Shown: piece after piece, positions 28,424 to 37,460 of the stretch
Numbering within the stretch: the first letter of the stretch is position 1
How the letters are laid out: each line of letters starts with the position of its first letter
NCBI GenBank assembly: GCA_023129535.1
Contig: JAGMBW010000116.1
Coordinates: 1-52,353 of the forward strand
Reading direction: 5' to 3'
DNA length: 52,353 nt
DNA from: Desulfobacterales bacterium
GTDB lineage: Bacteria; Desulfobacterota; Desulfobacteria; Desulfobacterales; C00003060
The notes under the pieces: model-generated
The model's database searches: none
The model's input: only the letters and a program-made list of their open reading frames with translations
Told to the model about the DNA's origin: nothing
Position numbers and translations under genes: made by a program

Positions 28424-30211
28424 TTAATAGCGTTTGAACGTAAACCAATTTAAAAAGGCCTTGAGTTTCCCTTTTTTCTCCACCTTAGATATCAAATTGG
28501 AATCAAAAGCATGACCCAATAAACTGAGTAAAGCCTGGTTAACTTCATTGGAATTTTTTAACGTGTTTTCGGTGTGTTTCAGCGTTTTTTCCATAACGGC
28601 AACGGAAGGAATGATTTTCTGGCTGAAAAAATCTCGCTGTTCTGAAGAAGCGGCTTCGAAACATTGCACAGTTCTTTCGATCAATTGTTCGCTGGATTGA
28701 TTATGGGCTTCGGTCTGATTCTCGATGGCCACTGTAAGTTTAGGCAGGACCTGTGAAAAAATATCATCCAGCTTGGTCGTAATCTTCGTGACCTGATTGT
28801 CGAATCGGGTTTCAAGACGGCCCTGTTGTGCGGCTATCTCCTCGCGTACACCCTCAAACCCTCGAGTGAGGTGGTCATTAAACACCTGATGGATCTCTTT
28901 TAACGAGTCCACGACCTTGACGTGTGATTCCGTAACAGCTTTCAGGTTTTCTATGTTAAGTTTTTGCTGGTCTTTGAGCATTGATTCGGTTTTATCCAGC
29001 AATTGTATCATTTTGTTGTTGGTATTGGTCAGAAAGCTGTTGTGATCCGCTTCTATACGCTGAATTTGTTGGTTCTGGAAATCAACCGCGTGAATGATAT
29101 TGCTCGAAGCCTCAAGCAGGCCTTCCTTAAAGTTTTTATCCATGTTTTGAATCGAAGTCTCTAGGCGGGCATATAGATTCTCTATTTCGCTTTTTTGCCC
29201 TCCCAACCCGTCAAATAGCTTTTCAATGGATGCCTGGCTGTTTTCCAAATGCCGTGCAAGGCCCTGCGAAAGTTTTACAAACGTCTCGTTTGCGTCAGAG
29301 ATCTTCAGGTAGTGGGCTTCAAGATCTGTCTGGGAGCGTGTGATCCCATCAACCGTGTGATAAAGCGTGTCGGCCATCCGGCTATGGACGTCCTGGTTGT
29401 CTGTAATCAGCGTCATGAGATCCGCGATACCGCTGGAGATTTCCACAAGTCCCGACCCGGACAGTTTCATCACATTTGCGATGGTGTCCAGACTGTCTTC
29501 CACTTTTTTGGGTGTAAAGAAAGGGATGAGAATATTCAGAGTAAAGCTCTCGAATTCCTCACCAAATGTTTCTTTGGCCCGCTCGTACACATGATTGACA
29601 AAGGAGAGCAGCAGGAATGCGAAAAAGCCGCACAAAGTGGAGGAAAATGCCGTTTCCATAAACCCCAGGCTGCCGAGCATATCTGAAATAATCCGCTGAA
29701 ATGCGTCGCGAGAAACCACACTGCCCATTCCCATCAGAATTCCACGCAGGTTGATGACCGCCTGGCTCAACCCCAGTATCGTCCCGATCAAACCGAGAAT
29801 GATCAAATTACCAGCAATATACCGGCCCCAGGATGAACGATATATATATGCCGCTTTTAGTGCGTCGGCAATAATCTCAACGTTCCCGTCCAGGCGTTTA
29901 ACCGCCTGTATGTCCTTGACCGCCTGTATGGTGAAACTTTTCCTGGAAAGCCCGGCATTCTCGATCTTGTCTAGCAACTCCCTGGGTTGTTGTTTGTCCG
30001 CCTCAAGAAATAGCTCGCGTATTTCCTTTAAGGCTCGGTTTTCTCGCCAGATCCGTATACGCCCCCAAACCACGATTAGGGTGCCTCCGGCAAAAAGAAG
30101 GATGATCAACCCGTTGACGATACAGGAAATAGCGGTACCGAAAAAGAAATGATATAGATATTCAGTCGGAATTTCCGGGTTGTCATTGAATAGCTGCAAC
30201 AAAAAATTCAT
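28424..30211 (-). CDS. MotA/ExbB/TolQ-family proton-channel protein with a ~350-aa C-terminal helical tail (ZorA-like architecture)
   Basis: TM helices flank LIILGLIGTILGLSQA (the GLxGTxxG channel motif) and LCGFFAFLLLSF. Residues ~240-595 are continuous heptad-like helix with no TM. Confidence 0.75.
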   Translation of the reverse strand: MNFLLQLFNDNPEIPTEYLYHFFFGTAISCIVNGLIILLFAGGTLIVVWGRIRIWRENRALKEIRELFLEADKQQPRELLDKIENAGLSRKSFTIQAVKDIQAVKRLDGNVEIIADALKAAYIYRSSWGRYIAGNLIILGLIGTILGLSQAVINLRGILMGMGSVVSRDAFQRIISDMLGSLGFMETAFSSTLCGFFAFLLLSFVNHVYERAKETFGEEFESFTLNILIPFFTPKKVEDSLDTIANVMKLSGSGLVEISSGIADLMTLITDNQDVHSRMADTLYHTVDGITRSQTDLEAHYLKISDANETFVKLSQGLARHLENSQASIEKLFDGLGGQKSEIENLYARLETSIQNMDKNFKEGLLEASSNIIHAVDFQNQQIQRIEADHNSFLTNTNNKMIQLLDKTESMLKDQQKLNIENLKAVTESHVKVVDSLKEIHQVFNDHLTRGFEGVREEIAAQQGRLETRFDNQVTKITTKLDDIFSQVLPKLTVAIENQTEAHNQSSEQLIERTVQCFEAASSEQRDFFSQKIIPSVAVMEKTLKHTENTLKNSNEVNQALLSLLGHAFDSNLISKVEKKGKLKAFLNWFTFKRY

Positions 30212-30394
30212 CTGCGCTCTCGTAGCGTTAGATGGAATTTGATTTCATTTTCAACTGCCATGAATTCTCCGAATCAATTTATGATTTAAGCATATTGTGA
30301 CTAGCAAATAAAATATTATAATCATCTGACTTTTATGGTCCAGACTCCTTGCCTGTCAATCAAACACACTGCCATCTGCCTTTCACAGTAAACT

Positions 30395-32191
30395 CTATAC
30401 TGATAAACCCTTTAGCTTATATTTATACAGAATTCGGAAAACAGACAGGACTCTGGGAGCCATCCAGACGCGCGCATCATAGGAAAGATCCGGCGTCCGG
30501 CTGCAGTTCATTTTAATGTGGATCCGATCCGAAATCCAGCGCGGCAGAAACCACATGGCCCTCACGTTGGGTGTATAAGACAATAAAACAGTTTCATCAG
30601 GAGAAAGACGCGGCAAACCGGATTTCCCCATTTGCCACAGCGTGTGTGCCCGGCTAAACTTGTTGTTTTCCCAACGTATGGAAAAAATACTCAGGGGCTC
30701 TGATCCCGTGTTTTTCAATCGGATCGTAAGGCAAGTACTTGTCCGGCTCCAGCACCACTTTCGGCTATCGAAAATGGAATCACATCTACTTTCGACAGTG
30801 CCGGCATGAACCGGGATCACATCTTTTATCACCAGTCCGTTATTCGCTCTGGCTCGGATCGTGATGGCTGTACTGATTGTTTTTCCGGGCGGCAAAGACT
30901 TTGATTCGAAAGTAAGCTGGGCTGCGTTAGGTGCCAGGATCGCCCCCGGGGCCACCACAATCCCCCTTAACGCCTCGGGAATGTCCACCTCGATATTGGA
31001 TACAGGCTGCATGGTATCGCTCTGGAAAAACTCCAATGTTTCCGTCTCCCGGCTTCCATAAGACACACGGCGCCAGTCAAGAGTCATTTTCCGGGGATAC
31101 CGGATCAAACGAACCAGATGCATTTTTACCTTCAGCCGGTGGCATCTGCGGTTGGCCACCCTGGAATCGGTCAAAATCAGGGCACTCAGGTTTTCAGCCT
31201 GAATGGGCCGCATTCTGGACGTATCGACACGCAGCGTAATTTGGTGTATTTGGCTTACCTTGATGTTCTTAATTTCTTCTTCATGTGAAATTCCGTTTCC
31301 GATACATTTCACTTTTAGCGTGCCGATCCCGTTCACGCTCAAGGGGATGACCAGTTTGAATGATTCACCCCATGACAAAGCCCGATCAACATTTATGGTA
31401 TTTTCTTTTAATTCCGAGCACACCAGATCACGGTTCCATACGAACTCCACCGGAATTTTTATCTCCCGCGTCTCTCCGTCTTCGCTTTTTAGCACCAGGA
31501 CCTCCATCTTATCCTGATCCGGCAGTTCCGGCCTTGAAACGGAAAAGCCCAGTTGAACCGGTCTGCCTGGTCGTATCTGAATGCTTTCAAAGTCCGGCAG
31601 GAGCCAGCCAGGGCAAGCGGCAACCCGATATTTTTTTAGCTCGATTGCTGATTTACGATGTCTGTCGTCCGGTTTGCCTCCGGGGAAAAACGTATAGTAT
31701 TCTTTCTGTGCCATGTTGGGATCGAATACTTGACAAACGCCTACGCCCGGAAGAACAGATATCGCTTCCCGTCGGTTATCGATGAGCGTTCGCTTCCCGT
31801 CGACGATTCTGTATACAAATTCCACTTCCGACTCGGTCAAGTCCATCCAGATTTGATAGGTTGCATCGGCCCCGGGCATCATTTCCCAGTTTTGGGAGAC
31901 GTCAGCCCCCCACCGGTTGAATTCTCCCTCTATTTTTGCAGAATGAAGCTCTTTTCTATCGATAACAAATTTATAAAAATGCTCTTGGCCAACCCGGATT
32001 CGAAACGGCGGCAATGGATCGAAATCCGTGTCCCCCCCTTCACGCCGGGCTTCATGTTCCACAAGTTGATAACAGGCGTTCTGATCTGTCAGTGCCAGCC
32101 GAGTACCCTCAACCTGTTGCCCTCCCCCGGCTTTCAGGGCCTGGGCAGCTTCCAAGTAAAGCCGTATGTGCTCTAATTTCGACAGGTCCAT
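30395..32191 (-). CDS. Cytoplasmic CBM48/AMPK-beta-like domain protein followed by several Ig-like beta-sandwich domains
   Basis: FRIRVGQEHFYKFVIDRKELHSAKIEGEFNRWG...WEMMPG..YQIWMDL..EFVYRIVDGKRTLID fits the GxFNxW..YKF.vDG pattern. No signal peptide. RBS AGGA. Confidence 0.5.
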   Translation of the reverse strand: MDLSKLEHIRLYLEAAQALKAGGGQQVEGTRLALTDQNACYQLVEHEARREGGDTDFDPLPPFRIRVGQEHFYKFVIDRKELHSAKIEGEFNRWGADVSQNWEMMPGADATYQIWMDLTESEVEFVYRIVDGKRTLIDNRREAISVLPGVGVCQVFDPNMAQKEYYTFFPGGKPDDRHRKSAIELKKYRVAACPGWLLPDFESIQIRPGRPVQLGFSVSRPELPDQDKMEVLVLKSEDGETREIKIPVEFVWNRDLVCSELKENTINVDRALSWGESFKLVIPLSVNGIGTLKVKCIGNGISHEEEIKNIKVSQIHQITLRVDTSRMRPIQAENLSALILTDSRVANRRCHRLKVKMHLVRLIRYPRKMTLDWRRVSYGSRETETLEFFQSDTMQPVSNIEVDIPEALRGIVVAPGAILAPNAAQLTFESKSLPPGKTISTAITIRARANNGLVIKDVIPVHAGTVESRCDSIFDSRKWCWSRTSTCLTIRLKNTGSEPLSIFSIRWENNKFSRAHTLWQMGKSGLPRLSPDETVLLSYTPNVRAMWFLPRWISDRIHIKMNCSRTPDLSYDARVWMAPRVLSVFRILYKYKLKGLSV

Positions 32192-32220
32192 TCTATATCC
32201 TGGATATAGTCACTTCCGCG

Positions 32221-33900
32221 TCAAATATGGTTAACGCGGACAAAGCATTTTCTGACCACTTTTCCGGTCCAGGTAATTTTATACCCCAGCTCCAGTACTT
32301 TTAAAATCATATGATCAGGATGCCGTGATTCATACCCTATGTCGAGCTCACAATGAACATCTGGGTCGAACTTCGACTTATATACTTCGGGTTCGATGGT
32401 CTGGATGCCGCAAAGGTCCAGCATGCGGGATCTGACCTGCTCAAGGTGATGCCTGTCAAATCCCCTGCCTTCGGCTTGCAATTTTTCATGCAATTGAAAT
32501 ATAGCATGAAAGGTCGAATCCAAAAAATGAAAAACCGAGTGAGCGACAAACTTTTCCAGATCGGGCCGCAGTTCATCCAAAGACGAATAGGCTTGAGACG
32601 AAAAACGATCAATCTTTTCAAGGTACCGGTCTTTGACCTTGTTAAGATACTTATCTGCGACCTCGCGGTAAAATACATCGGGGTCAGGCAATTCCAGATC
32701 GTCGCTCAAGGACAAGGATTCATCTGAAAAAATCTCAAAGCTCTCGAGATGGCTGTACACACTGGAAGCCTCAAGGGCAGATATGTCCTCTTTTAAAAAC
32801 GTATCAGGGTCCGAATATATTCGTTTACATATCGGCTTAATGTCTTGGAAAAGCGGTGTAAATAGGTCGATCATATCTTCTAATTCCTCTACGCTTCTGT
32901 CTTCCGGAAACAGGTTGTTACTCTCTTGAAACATAAACTTTTGAATTCCGTCATAAACCGGCATCAACTCTTTGAGTTCCAAGAGCTGTCTATCTCGTTC
33001 CTTGTTGTAATGATCCAATATCAGCTTTTCGAGGGTCCGGGTCTTAAACTCAACTAACGGCCAAACCGATTGCAAAAAGTCATCTTGTGGCGGGCGGGCC
33101 TTAGGGAAAAGTTCTTTTATTTTTTCATCTATATTCTCAGCAGCTTCTATTCTACGACTGAGCTCTATGTAATCTTTTTTAATTTGCCTTATATCTTCTC
33201 TAAAAGTATTATGTTGTTTTTCAAGAGACATGACAGAGAAATGATGTTGCTTTTCAAGGGACTTGATAGAGGTAGTAATTTCATCAATCTTTTTTGTTAG
33301 CGGTCTGGCGAAATCCTTTTTGAGATAAGAATCCTCTTTTAAATTTCGTAAAACATCAAGTACCGGAATGACCTGCTTCCATAGATTGTTTACTCTTTCG
33401 TTCAAGCTATCCTCTTTGTTCATCGATTCATCGAGGTCCCGGAGCTCTGATTGAAGCGCTTCGATTTTCTCATAGATATCATTTTGGAACATGTCGGAGG
33501 GGATAGATTTTACTGGTTTTTCCTCTTCAGGAGTGAAACGGAAACTGTCCGATTCTCGGAAGTTAATCGTTTTTCTAAAAAATATCTTTTCGAGCCCACC
33601 TCGTTGTCTTTGAAGTTCAATGTTCATCGTGTATAATTGGTCCGACGAAATGTTTTTTGGAAGCATGTATGTTTTTTCGCCATCTTTTTTTATTACAGAT
33701 GTCAGGTTGTTTAGGTCCATCTCTGGAAAATCAATTCTCAATATACGATCCGTCATCCCCGGTTTGGCTTTCCATTTGAAAATGAATTTGCGTCCCTTTT
33801 TTTCGACTACAAAAGACCGGATGTCTAGCTTTTCCAGGTTGGAGAGGTCATCTAAGTTTTGAGTATCAGGAGATTGTCTGTTATTTTTTTTGTGATCCAT
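32221..33900 (-). CDS. GrpE-like protein, paralog 1 (unique ~470-aa N-terminal region plus GrpE C-terminal beta-domain)
   Basis: C-terminus LDLCGIQTIEPEVYKSKFDPDVHCEL...ILKVLELGYKITWTGKVVRKCFVRVN follows the GrpE pattern G[VI]..I...G..FDP..H.A...V...GY...G..lR.A.V.V. Confidence 0.65.
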   Translation of the reverse strand: MDHKKNNRQSPDTQNLDDLSNLEKLDIRSFVVEKKGRKFIFKWKAKPGMTDRILRIDFPEMDLNNLTSVIKKDGEKTYMLPKNISSDQLYTMNIELQRQRGGLEKIFFRKTINFRESDSFRFTPEEEKPVKSIPSDMFQNDIYEKIEALQSELRDLDESMNKEDSLNERVNNLWKQVIPVLDVLRNLKEDSYLKKDFARPLTKKIDEITTSIKSLEKQHHFSVMSLEKQHNTFREDIRQIKKDYIELSRRIEAAENIDEKIKELFPKARPPQDDFLQSVWPLVEFKTRTLEKLILDHYNKERDRQLLELKELMPVYDGIQKFMFQESNNLFPEDRSVEELEDMIDLFTPLFQDIKPICKRIYSDPDTFLKEDISALEASSVYSHLESFEIFSDESLSLSDDLELPDPDVFYREVADKYLNKVKDRYLEKIDRFSSQAYSSLDELRPDLEKFVAHSVFHFLDSTFHAIFQLHEKLQAEGRGFDRHHLEQVRSRMLDLCGIQTIEPEVYKSKFDPDVHCELDIGYESRHPDHMILKVLELGYKITWTGKVVRKCFVRVNHI

Positions 33901-33926
33901 TGTATGCTATCAAAATCCTCTAATTA

Positions 33927-34069
33927 GTGCCTGAACGAAAACCGGTCAATTTCCTTACAAGTCCCCCTTTCGTAAAGGGGGATTTAGGGGGATTTCAATC
34001 GATTGCCAAAATCCCCCCCGGCCCCCCTTTTTCAAAGGGGGGAGATTTGGAGGGTTTTCGTTCAGGCAC
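33927..34069. mobile_element. 143-bp MITE-like element with 17-nt terminal inverted repeats and a TAATTA target-site duplication
   Basis: GTGCCTGAACGAAAACC...GGTTTTCGTTCAGGCAC, flanked by TAATTA (33921-33926 and 34070-34075). The paralogous spacer at 35842-35896 reads ..CTCTAATTATAAAGATAA.. uninterrupted, i.e. an empty site. Confidence 0.8.
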
Positions 34070-34182
34070 TAATTATAAAGATAACGCCTTGCTAATTGTA
34101 CCGGATACAATTCATCAAGATTTACTGTCGGTGGTGATAAGGCATGCAGGATTTGAAAAGTCTACTTCCACAAAGCAAATGA

Positions 34183-35841
34183 TTACCCGGTTGTATTATA
34201 ATTTACTTTAACACCACACTTTCTGAGCACCTTTCCGGTCCATTTAATTTGATACCCTGGCTCATGCTCATCTATTATTTTTAAAATGACGTGATCAGAA
34301 TACCGTGCTTCATTCCCCTGGTCGAGTTCTTTATGAACATCCGGGTCGAACTTCGACTTATATACTTCGGGTTCGATGGTCTGAATGCCGCAAAGCTCCA
34401 GCATGCGGGATCTGACCTGCTCAAGGTGATGCCTGTCAAATCCCCTGCCATTGGATTGCAATTTTTCATGCCATTGAAATATATCGTGAAAGGTCGAATC
34501 CAAAAAATGAAAAATTGAGTGAGCGACAATCTTTTCCAGATCGGGCCGCAGTTCATCCAAAGACGAATAGGCTTGAGACGAAAAATTATGCATTTTTTCA
34601 AGGTACCTTTTTTTGACCTCGTTAAGATACTTATCTGCGACCTCACGGTAGAACCTGTCGGGGTCCGGTATTTCCGTGTCGCTGCTCAAGGATTCTCCTG
34701 AAAAAATCTCAAAGCTCTTGAGATGGCTGTGCACACTGGAAGCCTCAAGGGCAGATATGTCCGCTTTTAAAAACGTATCAGGGTCCGAATATATTCGTTT
34801 ATATATCGGCTTAATGTCTTGGGCAAGCGGTGTAAATAGGTTGGTCATATCTTCTAATTCCTTTTTGCTTCTGTCTTCCGGAAGCAGCCTGTTGCTTTCT
34901 TGATCCAGAATTTGCTGAATTCCGTCATAAACCGGCATCAACTCTTTGAGTTCCAAGAGCTGTCTATCTCGTTCGTTGTTGTAATGATCCAATATCAGCT
35001 TTTCGAGGGTCCTAACCTTAAACTCAACTAACGGCCAAACCGATTGTAAAAAGTCTTCTTGCGGCGGGCGGGCCTTAGGGAAAAGTTCTTTTATTTTTTC
35101 ATCTATATTCTCAGCAGCTTCTATTCTATGACTGAGCTCTATGTAATCTTTTTTAATTTGCCTTACATCTTCTCTAAAAGTATTATGTTGTTTTTCAAGG
35201 GACTTGATAAAAGCATTAATGTTATGTATTTCTGTGTTACACTGTTCGGCGAAATCCTTCTTGAGATAAGAATCCTCTTGAAAATTTCGTAAAACATCAA
35301 GTACCGGACTGACCTTATTCCATAGATTGTTTACTCTTTCGTTCAGTCCCCCTTTTCCGTTCAGCAATTCATCGATATCTGTGATCTTTGATACAAGCGT
35401 TTCGATTTTCCCATGGGTATCATCTTGAGGCATGTCGGCGGTGGAAGATTTTACTGGTTTTTCCTCTTCAAAAGAGAAACGGAAACTTTTCGATTCTCGG
35501 AAGTTAATCGTTTTTCTAAAAAATACCTCTTTGAGCGCACCTCGTTTTCTTTGAAGTTCAATGTTCATCGTGTATAATTGGTCCGACGAAATGTTTTCCT
35601 CAGGCGTGAATGTGCTTTCGTCATCTTCAGCTATTAAAATATATTTCGGCTTTGGGCTTATCTCCGGGAAATCAATTCTCAACATACGATCCGTCATCCC
35701 CGATTTAGCTTTCCATTTGAAAATGAATTCACGTCCCTTTTTTTCGACTACAAAAGACTGGATGTCTATCTTTGCCAGGTTGGAGGGGTCATCTAAGTTT
35801 TGAGTATCAGGAGTTTGCCTGTTATTTTCTAGGAGATCCAT
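34183..35841 (-). CDS. GrpE-like protein, paralog 2
   Basis: About 80% aa identity to 32221..33900 over the full length. The same C-terminal GIQTIEPEVYKSKFDPDVH...GYQIKWTGKVLRKCGVKVN block. Confidence 0.65.
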   Translation of the reverse strand: MDLLENNRQTPDTQNLDDPSNLAKIDIQSFVVEKKGREFIFKWKAKSGMTDRMLRIDFPEISPKPKYILIAEDDESTFTPEENISSDQLYTMNIELQRKRGALKEVFFRKTINFRESKSFRFSFEEEKPVKSSTADMPQDDTHGKIETLVSKITDIDELLNGKGGLNERVNNLWNKVSPVLDVLRNFQEDSYLKKDFAEQCNTEIHNINAFIKSLEKQHNTFREDVRQIKKDYIELSHRIEAAENIDEKIKELFPKARPPQEDFLQSVWPLVEFKVRTLEKLILDHYNNERDRQLLELKELMPVYDGIQQILDQESNRLLPEDRSKKELEDMTNLFTPLAQDIKPIYKRIYSDPDTFLKADISALEASSVHSHLKSFEIFSGESLSSDTEIPDPDRFYREVADKYLNEVKKRYLEKMHNFSSQAYSSLDELRPDLEKIVAHSIFHFLDSTFHDIFQWHEKLQSNGRGFDRHHLEQVRSRMLELCGIQTIEPEVYKSKFDPDVHKELDQGNEARYSDHVILKIIDEHEPGYQIKWTGKVLRKCGVKVNYNTTG

Positions 35842-35896
35842 TGTGTGCTATCAAAATCCTCTAATTATAAAGATAATGCCATGCTAATTGTACCGG

Positions 35897-37396
35897 CTAC
35901 AGATCATCCAAATTAAACTTAATTTTCATCGGATCTTTTTTTTCTTCTGTCTTTGGAAGCGGCCCGTTTCTTTGTCGGCTGCTGGCTTTAGCGCTTTCGG
36001 AAACGGTGCGGTCGGATTTTTCCGGGGGCGATAATGCTGTTGCCGTAGATACCCTGTTTTGAAGAAACACGACTGCCTTCCTGACTTCCTCCACTCTTTC
36101 CAATACCGTCATAACCGCTGGGTCTTCTTTTTCGCCAATAACTAAAGTCTTACGGAGCTTCTGTGTTTTTTTGTCCAACCTATTAATATCTTCATTTAAT
36201 GCCTCCATCATTATTTTCTGGTTTTCCAATAGTGATTCAATTTTCTGGTTACCAGTTGAAGTGTCTCCAACTGAATCCAGGATGTGTCTAAAGTTTTCAG
36301 ACTGTGTCTCTAAATCTCTCAATACAGAATTTATATTAGAAGGTATATGCTGGTTCAATTGTTCAGAAACCTTTCTGATTATATCATCACGGTATCGTGA
36401 TAGATTATTCCTGCTATCGCTTTCATGTTTTCGGAAGGCGAAAAAAATCTGAAGGATAATAAAAAGAAACACTACTCCTAAAATGATTACTACTCCTAAA
36501 AGTAGTCGCACCGTTAAAAATGATGTCGTACCGCCATTTGGGGAAAATCCAGAAGTCTTGTTCTTCAAGCTTTCTATTTCAGATTTAATATCATCAATTT
36601 TTTTGGGCAGATCTTGTGCAAACTTTTCATCAATAGTTGACTTCAAGCTTGTAATGCTTTTGGACAAAGTGTCTGGTTTTGTCGCAAGGGCAGTGCGCTC
36701 AATATCAATGTTTTCTTCTTTCTTAACAATTTCAGTGGTAAGCGACTTGCCTTTTCCTGGGGATCGGATTATTCTTTTAAATTTATCAGGTAATGCGCTG
36801 ATAATATCACTTGCCGGCAATTCATTTTCTTCCGCTGAAGTTACACGAACCTTTGTTAATTTATCTTGAATGCCCAGTTTCCTGACATTAATTATAAAAA
36901 ACCATCTCTTATTCAACTCAAAAAGGGTTCCATGGTGGCCTTCAATATACTCAAAAAGTTTACACCATGTTTTATCTCTCCAATCGCCATCAACATCAGC
37001 AGTTCCTATTGCCCTCTGTAAAGCCTTTATGTTGTCTTCATTGACAACAGAACCGATCAGTGCAGATTTTAAATTTTTAATTCCATTTTCATCTTTCGAC
37101 TTAACTTTTTTACTTGGACTTGTAATATAAAACTTCACTGCTACTTCTAAATCAGGAGGGCCATTCTTGAACCCGTTAAGGATGTTAATAATCCGGTACT
37201 CCTTAGCATCGAAGGACTCCTTGTCTAGTTGAAACGCATCGTACAAAAGCAATTTGACTTCCTCGCTGTTATCGGCGCATATAGCTTTGAATAGATACAA
37301 TAGAAAAAAAAGGCATATAACGATCGTCAACAGTAACAGAAAATTGATTCGTTTATGCCTCATAGATCTTCGCTGCCTTTGAAATTGCATATCCAT
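35897..37396 (-). CDS. Bitopic/two-TM membrane protein with a PG_binding_1-like motif and a coiled-coil C-terminus
   Basis: Start taken at ATG 37396 (MDMQFQRQRR). TM1 INFLLLLTIVICLFFLLYLF and TM2 LLLGVVIILGVVFLFIILQIFFAF. Between them, IKALQRAIGTADVDGDWRDKTWCKLFEY resembles the LQ..L...vDG.fG..T peptidoglycan-binding motif. Confidence 0.55.
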   Translation of the reverse strand: MDMQFQRQRRSMRHKRINFLLLLTIVICLFFLLYLFKAICADNSEEVKLLLYDAFQLDKESFDAKEYRIINILNGFKNGPPDLEVAVKFYITSPSKKVKSKDENGIKNLKSALIGSVVNEDNIKALQRAIGTADVDGDWRDKTWCKLFEYIEGHHGTLFELNKRWFFIINVRKLGIQDKLTKVRVTSAEENELPASDIISALPDKFKRIIRSPGKGKSLTTEIVKKEENIDIERTALATKPDTLSKSITSLKSTIDEKFAQDLPKKIDDIKSEIESLKNKTSGFSPNGGTTSFLTVRLLLGVVIILGVVFLFIILQIFFAFRKHESDSRNNLSRYRDDIIRKVSEQLNQHIPSNINSVLRDLETQSENFRHILDSVGDTSTGNQKIESLLENQKIMMEALNEDINRLDKKTQKLRKTLVIGEKEDPAVMTVLERVEEVRKAVVFLQNRVSTATALSPPEKSDRTVSESAKASSRQRNGPLPKTEEKKDPMKIKFNLDDL

Positions 37397-37460
37397 AGCT
37401 GTGTTTATTTCCTTCACTTTTAATGCTTGATCATAAAGCTTCACTGAATTCGTCCCCAGT

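Noticed and set aside
33927-34211. 94-aa plus-strand ORF
   Set aside because: It is a translation of the MITE-like element (the PPFVKGDLGG and PPFSKGGDLEG repeats come from the G/C-run hairpins).
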